64,000 nucleotides of DNA from an uncultured Collinsella sp. (GTDB taxonomy: Bacteria > Actinomycetota > Coriobacteriia > Coriobacteriales > Coriobacteriaceae): NCBI GenBank assembly GCA_900762325.1, contig CAAFGG010000048.1:19528-83527 (forward strand), written 5' to 3'. Under the pieces are notes generated by a model. That model was given only the letters and a program-made list of their open reading frames with translations. It did not search any database and had not been told where the DNA came from. Below are positions 52,309-60,103 of this stretch, one piece after another. Each line of letters begins with the position of its first letter. Position 1 is the stretch's first letter. A program made the translations under genes and the position numbers.

Positions 52309-52510
52309 GCATTATGCCTTGTCCTCGAGGCGGCCCACAAGGCGGAGGCGGTTACTTGACGCCAACCAGCCCTCCAACCATCCCTGTGCAACGAAGGTGA
52401 ACGGTGTCCACGAACAGCAAGTAGGGCCGCCCCGCAGCAGCTCCCCCACTCATCTATACTCAAGAGCGTGTGCGCATCGCCCCCGAAAAACGATGAGAGT
52501 CGAGGCCCCC

Positions 52511-53644
52511 ATGCATCAGCTCACCGAACGTGAAAAGAAACGCATTCAGCGGTACTGTGCGTACCCCAAGATCGCAGCGACCGCACTCGTCATGTCGTTC
52601 GTAGCATGTCTGCTCATGCTGCCGCTCCAAATGATCAACGATATCGCGTTCCACCAAAAGGAATTCCAACCCGCGGGCATATATACCGCCATCGCACTCA
52701 CCGTAATCGAACTCGTCGTCTTTTGCTATTGCGCTCTTGCGCCGCGCTTTGGAATGCAGGGCAAACAGTGGAAGGAGCTGCAGAGCAGGCTTGCGGTAGC
52801 CCAAACCAACAAAGACCGCTCCGCGGAGGTCGCCGGCGTGCTCGCCACGCAAGCTGCCGGCCGCCTGCTCAAGAACAGTGATAACGATCTCGCGCGCAAC
52901 CTGGGCGGCGCCGCGGAGGTCGCCGGCGCCGTAGGGGCAGTTGCCACCGCGGCAGACGTGCTAGCCGAGACCTCGAGCAATGCCGAGGCCATGGCAAACG
53001 CATACGGCGTGACGATTCCAAGCGTCAAGAAGCAGGCCATAGCTCTCGCAGTGGTGCCCGCCATTGTGCTGCTTGGCGTCTACATCCCGCAGTTTGTCCA
53101 GGGAAATAACGAGCTTCAGGCGAGAAAGGCTGCAGTTGCCGAGCAGCTCGCCATCGCGCAAGATGCCCTGGAGCCCGTGTGTGAACGCGTCGCGGCAGAC
53201 GACCCATACGAGTCGTATCACGACTACGGCTACCGCATTATCGGCTATCTGCGCGACAATGACCTTGGCGCTCAAGCAGCCTATGTCTACCTTTCTTTTG
53301 ATGCAGACGGCATGCTCACGGACGTCGATTACACCAGTCAGGTCAACCCCGAGGAAAGCCTTGCAGACAACCTCGCTCGCGCCGAGCAGGACATCGCGAC
53401 GCTCTGCGCCCCGCTCAACGGGTTGGACATTTCCGTTGCCACACCGGGCCTCCTCACGCCATGCAGCCTGTCGGATGATTTTAAACAGACATTTTTAGCC
53501 GGATCCCTATATAAAGAAATCAGCATCAAGACGGAGGACGAATCTATCAAGTCGTACTACACCTTTGACACCGAAGCCGCAGAAGATTTCGACGAATACA
53601 CCCATCCGGAAATTAGGCTCATGCTCTCTGCAAAAAAGAACTAA
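52511..53644 (+). CDS. Hypothetical membrane protein
   Basis: About 3 TM segments plus acidic soluble domain; no recognised motif. Confidence 0.7.
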   Translation: MHQLTEREKKRIQRYCAYPKIAATALVMSFVACLLMLPLQMINDIAFHQKEFQPAGIYTAIALTVIELVVFCYCALAPRFGMQGKQWKELQSRLAVAQTNKDRSAEVAGVLATQAAGRLLKNSDNDLARNLGGAAEVAGAVGAVATAADVLAETSSNAEAMANAYGVTIPSVKKQAIALAVVPAIVLLGVYIPQFVQGNNELQARKAAVAEQLAIAQDALEPVCERVAADDPYESYHDYGYRIIGYLRDNDLGAQAAYVYLSFDADGMLTDVDYTSQVNPEESLADNLARAEQDIATLCAPLNGLDISVATPGLLTPCSLSDDFKQTFLAGSLYKEISIKTEDESIKSYYTFDTEAAEDFDEYTHPEIRLMLSAKKN

Positions 53645-53686
53645 AGGCTTACGCTCTAATTGCCGCTCGCGAACATCGTCTATATC

Positions 53687-53871
53687 TCGAGGTCTAATAC
53701 TTTTCCCGAGAAGTGAACGACTGTTTTTGGACCCCCGAAGCATTGGCATTTTTAGGCATCAAAACCGCAGGATTCGACTGCAAAACCGCAGGAAATTGCT
53801 CGCTAAAAGTGTCGATGCTTCGGGGGTCCATTTTGACTCGTTCACTTCTCGGGAAAAGCATTAGACCTCGA
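53687..53871. mobile_element. 185-bp foldback / MITE-like element with 69-bp imperfect terminal inverted repeats
   Basis: Arms 53687-53755 and 53803-53871; spacer contains caaaaccgcagga twice. Confidence 0.6.
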
Positions 53872-53886
53872 TTTACAAGCCACTCA

Positions 53887-53917
53887 ATGTGACAAAGGGG
53901 CTGTCCCTTTGTCACAT
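53887..53917. repeat. REP-like palindrome family A
   Basis: atgtgacaaaggggctgtccctttgtcacat. Confidence 0.9.
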
Positions 53918-54002
53918 TCGATGAAAAAGGGCACCGACGTTTGTCGATGCCCCAAAGCGGCTGCAGGTTAAGCCCTACAGCGTATGTCTAAGACGAATCG
54001 GA

Positions 54003-55268
54003 CTATTCGTCCCAGGAGAGGTTCTTACCAGTCTTTTTTGCCAGCAGCAAGAACAGGCCGATAATAACGTTGCATGCGATGCAGAAGATGAAGACGCCCT
54101 GGAAGGAGCCGACAAGCTCATAGACCTTCATCATAACGGGCATGCCAAAGGCGCCGACGATATAGCCCACGGAGCAGATCAGCGCGAAGATGCGACCGAA
54201 ATCGCGGGAGCCAAAGACATCCATAACCAAAACGGTCAGGGCAGTGCCAGCGATGACGTACATTACGTCGTTCACGCCTGCTGCGAAGATGCTGAGCGTC
54301 GAGTTGCCGCTGCTCATCATGAGCATGACAAAGGAGAGGATGGAGACAGCGAGCCAGCCCAGAATGGCCTTCGTGCTGCCGAACTTATCGCAAGTGGTGC
54401 CGACGATCGGATTGAGGAACAGATCGAAGAGCGATGCAGCGGATACCATGAAGCCGCCCACCATGGGGCTAAAACCAACCTCGGAAGCATACGTCGGGAA
54501 GAGCTGGTTCATGCAGCAAGTGAGCTGAACGAGGCAGAGGAAGCCGATGCAGAAGAAGAAGGCAGGCGACTTAATGGCGCGCGCATAGCTAACGCCACGC
54601 GTGCTATCCTCGGTCGTCTCCTCGGTCTCGGCGACCGTCTCGCCCTCGACGTAGCCATAGGGCAGCATGCCCTTGTCCTGAGGCTTATAGCGGATAATCA
54701 GGACGGAAGCGGGGAGAATGAGCACGGCGGAGACGCCAGCGAGCACCAGATAACCAGTCCTCCAGCCAGCGGCCTCGATGACAGAGGTGATGACGGGGCT
54801 CATGATGAGCATGTAAATCGAGTTCACTGCCCAAGCAAGACCAATTGCCAGGCCACCAGATTTTTTGAACCACTGGTCAATAACGTCGGACATGGCGACG
54901 CCGGTGGTGAAGGCGAAGCAAATGCCAATCAGGGCGCCAGCGGCGATGAACATCCAAACTTCGGTGTAGAAAGCCATGCCTGCGCCGGCGGCGAGCAGAA
55001 TAAGCTCGACGACGGGGAGCCAAACCTTGCCAACAACCTTGGGGATGAGTTTTCCGACAAACGGAAGCGCCGCCGCAAGACCGATGAGCGTCGCGGTGAA
55101 GTAATACGAGAAGATTGAATAGTCAAACCCGAACTCCTCGCACACGGGCGCGACGAAGGAGCCGGCGATTACGCTATAGGATCCGGTCGTACCAGCAGAC
55201 ATGAGGCCAAGCGCGATTACGAGAACCCATGCGTAGACCTTGCTGCTCTTTAACTTTGCATTTTCCAT
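54003..55268 (-). CDS. MFS transporter
   Basis: About 12 TM; DQWF..GLAIG; G..CDKFG; FGSRDFGRI. Confidence 0.9.
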   Translation of the reverse strand: MENAKLKSSKVYAWVLVIALGLMSAGTTGSYSVIAGSFVAPVCEEFGFDYSIFSYYFTATLIGLAAALPFVGKLIPKVVGKVWLPVVELILLAAGAGMAFYTEVWMFIAAGALIGICFAFTTGVAMSDVIDQWFKKSGGLAIGLAWAVNSIYMLIMSPVITSVIEAAGWRTGYLVLAGVSAVLILPASVLIIRYKPQDKGMLPYGYVEGETVAETEETTEDSTRGVSYARAIKSPAFFFCIGFLCLVQLTCCMNQLFPTYASEVGFSPMVGGFMVSAASLFDLFLNPIVGTTCDKFGSTKAILGWLAVSILSFVMLMMSSGNSTLSIFAAGVNDVMYVIAGTALTVLVMDVFGSRDFGRIFALICSVGYIVGAFGMPVMMKVYELVGSFQGVFIFCIACNVIIGLFLLLAKKTGKNLSWDE

Positions 55269-55279
55269 TGATACAACTC

Positions 55280-56344
55280 CTAGAGACCTAGAAGGGCACA
55301 CATAACGGCCTTGATGGTGTGCTGACGGTTCTCTGCCTCACGGAAGATGACCGAAGCGTTGGCCTCAAAGCACTCGTCGGCAATCTCGAAACCCTCGGTG
55401 ATGATCTCGCGATGGAGGTCGTTCTTGCACTGGTCGAGGAGCATCTTGCCAACACGGTGATCTGCGTTGTGGACAGAAGGAAGCTCATGCATGCAGAAGA
55501 TGTCGGGATTGTTGGTGCGCTTGCACAGCTCGCTGGTGACGCGATAGGGGTACAGAGACTCGGCATCGCCCAGCCAGGAGTTGTAGTCGTCGGGATCCAG
55601 AACCTCTTCGCCGCACTCGGGGTTGATGTAGCGCCACTCCTCGGTAACGATAACGTCAACGCCATCCAAGGCATCGAGGTCAGAGGTGATGGTAAAGGTC
55701 CTATTGGGAGCGTACTTGGCGTAGCAGGCCTCCACCTCTTCGACCATTTCCTTGCACATCTGATGACGGAGGTCGTCGGGACCGATGGCGAGGAAGTCCA
55801 TGTCGAGCATCGCGCACAGACGGCCATACCACACCGGGGCGCCGGCGCAGTTGCCAACGAAAGCCATCTTCTTGCCGCGGCTCGTACGCAGACCGCCCCA
55901 TTGCTCTTCCATCGTAAGAGCGTCAGCGAGCATCTGAGTCGGGTGATCGCCGAGAGTAAGGGCATTGATGACCGGGATGTCAACCAGGTCGGCGACGTCA
56001 TAGAGGAACTGCTCGTCCTTCTGTGCGCGGTAGACGATGAGATCATACATGCCGTTGAAGACGCGCATGGCATCCTTGACGGTCTCGCAGTCACCCATGT
56101 GGGAGTTGGTCAGATAAGTGAAGCCCATGCCCAAATCGTTGCAGGAGGTCTCGAATGCGCAACGAGTACGGGTCGAGCCCCACTCAAAGTTGGCGAGGAC
56201 GTTTTTGCCGGGGAAGTAGCGCTGGTCGACACCAGACTTCTTCTGAGCCTTAAGGTTCCAGGCAAGATCGATGAGATAGCGGAAATCCTCGGAGGAGAGA
56301 TCATGGATGTTGATGTAGTCGCGACCGCGGAGGCTGTTGTTCAT
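55280..56344 (-). CDS. Ornithine/putrescine carbamoyltransferase-family protein with altered acceptor site
   Basis: STRTRCAFE, HPTQMLAD and AENRQHTIKAV retained; HELP and TEEWRYIN replace HCLP and TDVWVSMG. Confidence 0.88.
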   Translation of the reverse strand: MNNSLRGRDYINIHDLSSEDFRYLIDLAWNLKAQKKSGVDQRYFPGKNVLANFEWGSTRTRCAFETSCNDLGMGFTYLTNSHMGDCETVKDAMRVFNGMYDLIVYRAQKDEQFLYDVADLVDIPVINALTLGDHPTQMLADALTMEEQWGGLRTSRGKKMAFVGNCAGAPVWYGRLCAMLDMDFLAIGPDDLRHQMCKEMVEEVEACYAKYAPNRTFTITSDLDALDGVDVIVTEEWRYINPECGEEVLDPDDYNSWLGDAESLYPYRVTSELCKRTNNPDIFCMHELPSVHNADHRVGKMLLDQCKNDLHREIITEGFEIADECFEANASVIFREAENRQHTIKAVMCALLGL

Positions 56345-56468
56345 GTCTATTTTCCTTTCGAATTATTATCAAAATTATTGCTAAATGTGTCCCCGAAGGA
56401 AACACGGATATCCCTCGGGGAGCGGTACATGTGGCGCCTAAGCCAAAGAGCGCAGGCTCTAAGGCTCA

Positions 56469-57707
56469 CTAACGACTGGCCGCCACGTCCTTAGTCCAGC
56501 AGTGCACGCCGCCGCCGGACAGGTTAAGCGCGAGGGAATCAATCATGATGACCTTGCGATCGGGGAAGCAGCTCTCAAGAACCGCCTTGGCCTGCTCGTC
56601 CTTCTCTTTCACGACCTCGCTCATGCCCTCGTGGTAATAACGCTGGCCAAGAACGACGCCGTTGCAGATCAGGAAGTTGCAGTAGCTCGCTGCAGCGTAG
56701 AAGTGGACGGGGCCCTCGGGCCAGGGGGTGCCATCCATAAACTTGCCGCCCATTTCGTCGATGAAGCCTTTATAGAGCTCGTAATCCTCATCGCCAGGGG
56801 CGATAACGACTTCAATCGGCTCGGCGGTGGGCATACGAACGATCTCGAAGGGCTTGCCCTCCCAGTCCGTTTCGTTGCTCAGGATCTCGTAGGCCGCCTC
56901 AATGCGGCGACGAGACTCTGCGCCAGCCTTGCTCGAGGCTGCCTCTTCATCGGACACCTCGGCAAGAAGAATCTTGTTCGGAGTGATAAAGCGACACATC
57001 TCATCGATGTGAGCGGCAAAGCTCATGCCAAAGACGGGGGTTCCGTCTTCCTTCTCGTCGAGGATGCCCAGTCGATAATCGTCGTCCTCAAGCATGGGCT
57101 GAGGAAGCCAGATAACCTTGTTGAGGTTGTAGATGCGCTTATACTCGGCCTCTACCTCATCTTTCGTGAACTCGGGATTGCGCTTACGGCATTCCGTGTC
57201 CTCGATGGCGATCAGGGTGCCGTGACCGTCAAACTCACGATCGCCGCCCTCCGAAACCATTTCGGAATTGACGATATCGAAGCAACCGAGCGCAACCGCC
57301 ATGTGAACGGCTGCCTTACGTGCGGACTGGCACTCCGGGGAGTTCTTGTCCCACACGCCGTAATAGGTCCAAGCAGGGTTGACCATATAAGAATGGCCTT
57401 TGTCGTCGACCATGATGCTGGGGCCGTTGTCGCGGACATAGAAGTTGGAGTCTTCGAACTGCGTGATCTCGATACGATCGAGATCAACCCCCTCCTCCTT
57501 CAGGCGTGAGCAAGCCTCCTCATAGGAGCCGGGGGTGCCGCAATTGAGGTTGACCGTAACGTCGCCATACTCGAGCAGAGCCTTGATCACGTCAACGCAG
57601 GGCTGGCGGTTATCGTAGCCCTCTGCACGGATGTAATCGGGAAGCCATGTCACATAGACGTTGGAGCGCTTCTCGAACTCGCCCGGCATACGATAGTTCT
57701 CGTACAT
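56469..57707 (-). CDS. Agmatine/peptidyl-arginine deiminase family protein
   Basis: RMPGEFE, RDNGP, EGG..FDG.GT, RNP, HID, ASYCNFL, GGGVHCWT. Confidence 0.9.
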   Translation of the reverse strand: MYENYRMPGEFEKRSNVYVTWLPDYIRAEGYDNRQPCVDVIKALLEYGDVTVNLNCGTPGSYEEACSRLKEEGVDLDRIEITQFEDSNFYVRDNGPSIMVDDKGHSYMVNPAWTYYGVWDKNSPECQSARKAAVHMAVALGCFDIVNSEMVSEGGDREFDGHGTLIAIEDTECRKRNPEFTKDEVEAEYKRIYNLNKVIWLPQPMLEDDDYRLGILDEKEDGTPVFGMSFAAHIDEMCRFITPNKILLAEVSDEEAASSKAGAESRRRIEAAYEILSNETDWEGKPFEIVRMPTAEPIEVVIAPGDEDYELYKGFIDEMGGKFMDGTPWPEGPVHFYAAASYCNFLICNGVVLGQRYYHEGMSEVVKEKDEQAKAVLESCFPDRKVIMIDSLALNLSGGGVHCWTKDVAASR

Positions 57708-57789
57708 GGTTGGTCCTTCCGTCGGGTTTCCCGCGATGCTGTCCGGCCGCGACAATAGCGGGGTTTCACCTGCTATAGTACTACTATAC

Positions 57790-57803
57790 CTACCGTTCGG
57801 TAG
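57790..57803. promoter_or_regulatory. TetR operator candidate
   Basis: CTACCG-TT-CGGTAG palindrome in the divergent promoter region. Confidence 0.65.
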
Positions 57804-57931
57804 ATAGTTTTGAATAATTGCCACTCGCCTACTGATACGTACCGTTCACCGTATATAGTGGTCATGTTTGGACACGAATTGATGTTCCGTTGCCATCCTT
57901 AATAATGTTGGTAGTGCGGAAGTGATTTGCA

Positions 57932-58510
57932 ATGGAGAAATGCAGCGTGAGCACAAGAAAAAAAATATTGGACGCAATGTACGATCTTGTGGCAGAAGTC
58001 GGTTATGACAAAGCGTCTATCGGAAAGATTTGCGACTTTGTCGGTATATCCAAGCCGTCGGTGTACTACTACTTTCCCTCTAAAGAGGAGATTTTCACTA
58101 CGCTCTTGGACAGCATGTTTCCGACCATTGACTATCAGCGCGACTACTCGCTAATAGTCGATAGGGACGGGTTCAAGGCCGCGCTTATCGAGCTCGGCAA
58201 TTCAGTTATAGGTGGCTATCGAAGCGATGAAAAACGCCGGCGCGTGCTGGCCGAGGTTAGCGTTCAAGCAAATCGAATTCCTGCAGTTCAGGAACGTCAA
58301 GCGACGGCGACCAAACGAACCATGGATGCGCTTAAAGACATCCTTCTTCATGGTGTAGAGATTGGCGCGTTTTCCGATAGTGCCGACGTGATGCTCTACG
58401 TACAAATTCTTTATACCGTTCTGGAGGGAGCGAGCAATACGGTCGCTCAAGGTGAGGATATTGATGAAAAAGCGGTTTGGGCGGGAATAGTCGAGCTTAT
58501 GTTCAAATAG
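57932..58510 (+). CDS. TetR family regulator
   Basis: KKILDA..GYDKASIGKIC..VGISKPSVYYYFPSKEEIF. Confidence 0.92.
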   Translation: MEKCSVSTRKKILDAMYDLVAEVGYDKASIGKICDFVGISKPSVYYYFPSKEEIFTTLLDSMFPTIDYQRDYSLIVDRDGFKAALIELGNSVIGGYRSDEKRRRVLAEVSVQANRIPAVQERQATATKRTMDALKDILLHGVEIGAFSDSADVMLYVQILYTVLEGASNTVAQGEDIDEKAVWAGIVELMFK

Positions 58511-58570
58511 ACCAGCCAAGCTGAAACGCATGTTGGCACACATGGTGCCTGCGGGCAACCTTTAAACGAA

Positions 58571-58612
58571 AACAGGGGCCGACTCCAGTCTGGCTTGGAG
58601 TCGACCCCTGTT
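58571..58612. terminator. Hairpin terminator between tetR and second MFS
   Basis: aacaggggccgactcca..tggagtcgacccctgtt. Confidence 0.75.
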
Positions 58613-58646
58613 GCGTGGCAATCTATGCCGATGCAATCGGCGCTTA

Positions 58647-59927
58647 TTACTTTTCAGCAGCCTTACTGAGAAAGCCGGAAACGATAGCAAACGCGGCAAT
58701 CATAAGGTTGCAGGCAATGCAGAAGATAAATACTCCCTGGAATGACCCTGCCATGCCGTAAACCTTCATCATGACCGGCATTCCAAAAGCACCGACGACA
58801 TAGCCCGCTGAGCAAACGATCGAATAGATCCTTCCAAAATCGCGTGATCCAAAGAGCGAGAGGAGAAGCATCGGCATTGCGGTTCCAACAATGGCGAACA
58901 TGGCATCGTTTACGCCAGCTGCAATGATTGAAACAGTCTCATTGCTTCCGCCAATGATGAGAAGCAGGAACGAAAAAATGCTGACACCTGTCCACGCGAC
59001 CGTTGCTTTAATAGAGCCGAGCTTGTCACATGTTTTGCCTACGAAGGGATTTAGGAAGATGTCGGAGAACGAAGCTGCCGAGACCATTAAGCTTCCTACG
59101 ATGGGATTGAAACCGACCTCGCTTGCATAGGTTGGAAACAACTGGTTCATGCAGCAGGTGAGCTGCGCCACGCAAAGCAGGAGGACACAGAGAATAAAAG
59201 ACGGCGTTTTCGTGGCATCACGTAGTGCCATGCCCGAAAGGGTATCTTCCCGCTCATCGACGCTGTGTCTCTCATGGGTTTCAGAGGCGGTCTCTCCGTA
59301 CGGAAGCATGTTGCGATCAGAGGGTTTAAGGCGAATGATAAATGCACTCGCAGGTAAAATCATAGCTGCAGAAACGGTCGCAAGTACGATGTATCCCGTA
59401 CGCCAGCCTTGTTGCTCGATAACCAGCGTAATGACAGGGCTCAACAACAGCGTACAGAGAGAATTAACGCCCCAAGCAAGGCCGATGGCAAGACCGGACG
59501 ATTTACTGAACCATTGGTCAATAACATCGGACATGCAGACGCCCGTTGTGAATGAAAAGCAGATGCCGATCACCGCAGCGGAGACGATGAACATCCAGAC
59601 TTCGGTGTAGAACGCCATTGCGGCGCCGGCGGCAATAAGGACGAGTTCAACGCAAATATGCACCGGTTTGCCTATTACTTTTGGAATGAAACGGCTCAAA
59701 AGTGGAAGTCCAAGTGCAAGGCCAAGAAGAATCGCAGTGAAATAGAAAGAGAAAGAGGTGTACTCAAAGCCCAGGTCTTCACATACTGGAGCAACGAATG
59801 AGCCGGCAATAATGCTATATGTGCCAGTCGTCCCGGCGGACATTAAGCCGAGCGCAATAACGACAATCCAAGCAAATGCGCCGCTCTCGCGAGGACGGTC
59901 TTTTTCGTCTGGTACGGTGAGAGCCAT
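58647..59927 (-). CDS. MFS transporter, paralog of 54003-55268
   Basis: Shared blocks LGLMSAGTTG, AFYTEVWMFI, QLTCCMNQLFPTYASEVGF, FGSRDFGRI. Confidence 0.9.
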   Translation of the reverse strand: MALTVPDEKDRPRESGAFAWIVVIALGLMSAGTTGTYSIIAGSFVAPVCEDLGFEYTSFSFYFTAILLGLALGLPLLSRFIPKVIGKPVHICVELVLIAAGAAMAFYTEVWMFIVSAAVIGICFSFTTGVCMSDVIDQWFSKSSGLAIGLAWGVNSLCTLLLSPVITLVIEQQGWRTGYIVLATVSAAMILPASAFIIRLKPSDRNMLPYGETASETHERHSVDEREDTLSGMALRDATKTPSFILCVLLLCVAQLTCCMNQLFPTYASEVGFNPIVGSLMVSAASFSDIFLNPFVGKTCDKLGSIKATVAWTGVSIFSFLLLIIGGSNETVSIIAAGVNDAMFAIVGTAMPMLLLSLFGSRDFGRIYSIVCSAGYVVGAFGMPVMMKVYGMAGSFQGVFIFCIACNLMIAAFAIVSGFLSKAAEK

Positions 59928-59964
59928 GGTCACTCCATTTCTATCGGCATTACATCCTATATGC

Positions 59965-59978
59965 CTACCGATAGGTAT
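59965..59978. promoter_or_regulatory. Second TetR operator candidate
   Basis: CTACCGATAGGTAT, 11/14 identical to the 57790 site; a third variant CTGCCGAACGGTAA at 60032-60045. Confidence 0.55.
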
Positions 59979-60072
59979 ATAAACCAGGGGACTCTTCGTC
60001 AAGCATTAAGCGGGGAGAGGGAGTTCTTAACCTGCCGAACGGTAATTAGACCCCGTTTTCGCAAGGGTCTCA

Positions 60073-60103
60073 ATGTGACAAAGGGACTGTCCCTTTGTCA
60101 CAT
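60073..60103. repeat. REP-like palindrome family A
   Basis: atgtgacaaagggactgtccctttgtcacat. Confidence 0.9.

Noticed and set aside
52822..52928. 17-bp direct repeat cgcggaggtcgccggcg
   Set aside because: In-frame, encodes AEVAG twice; ordinary coding repeat.
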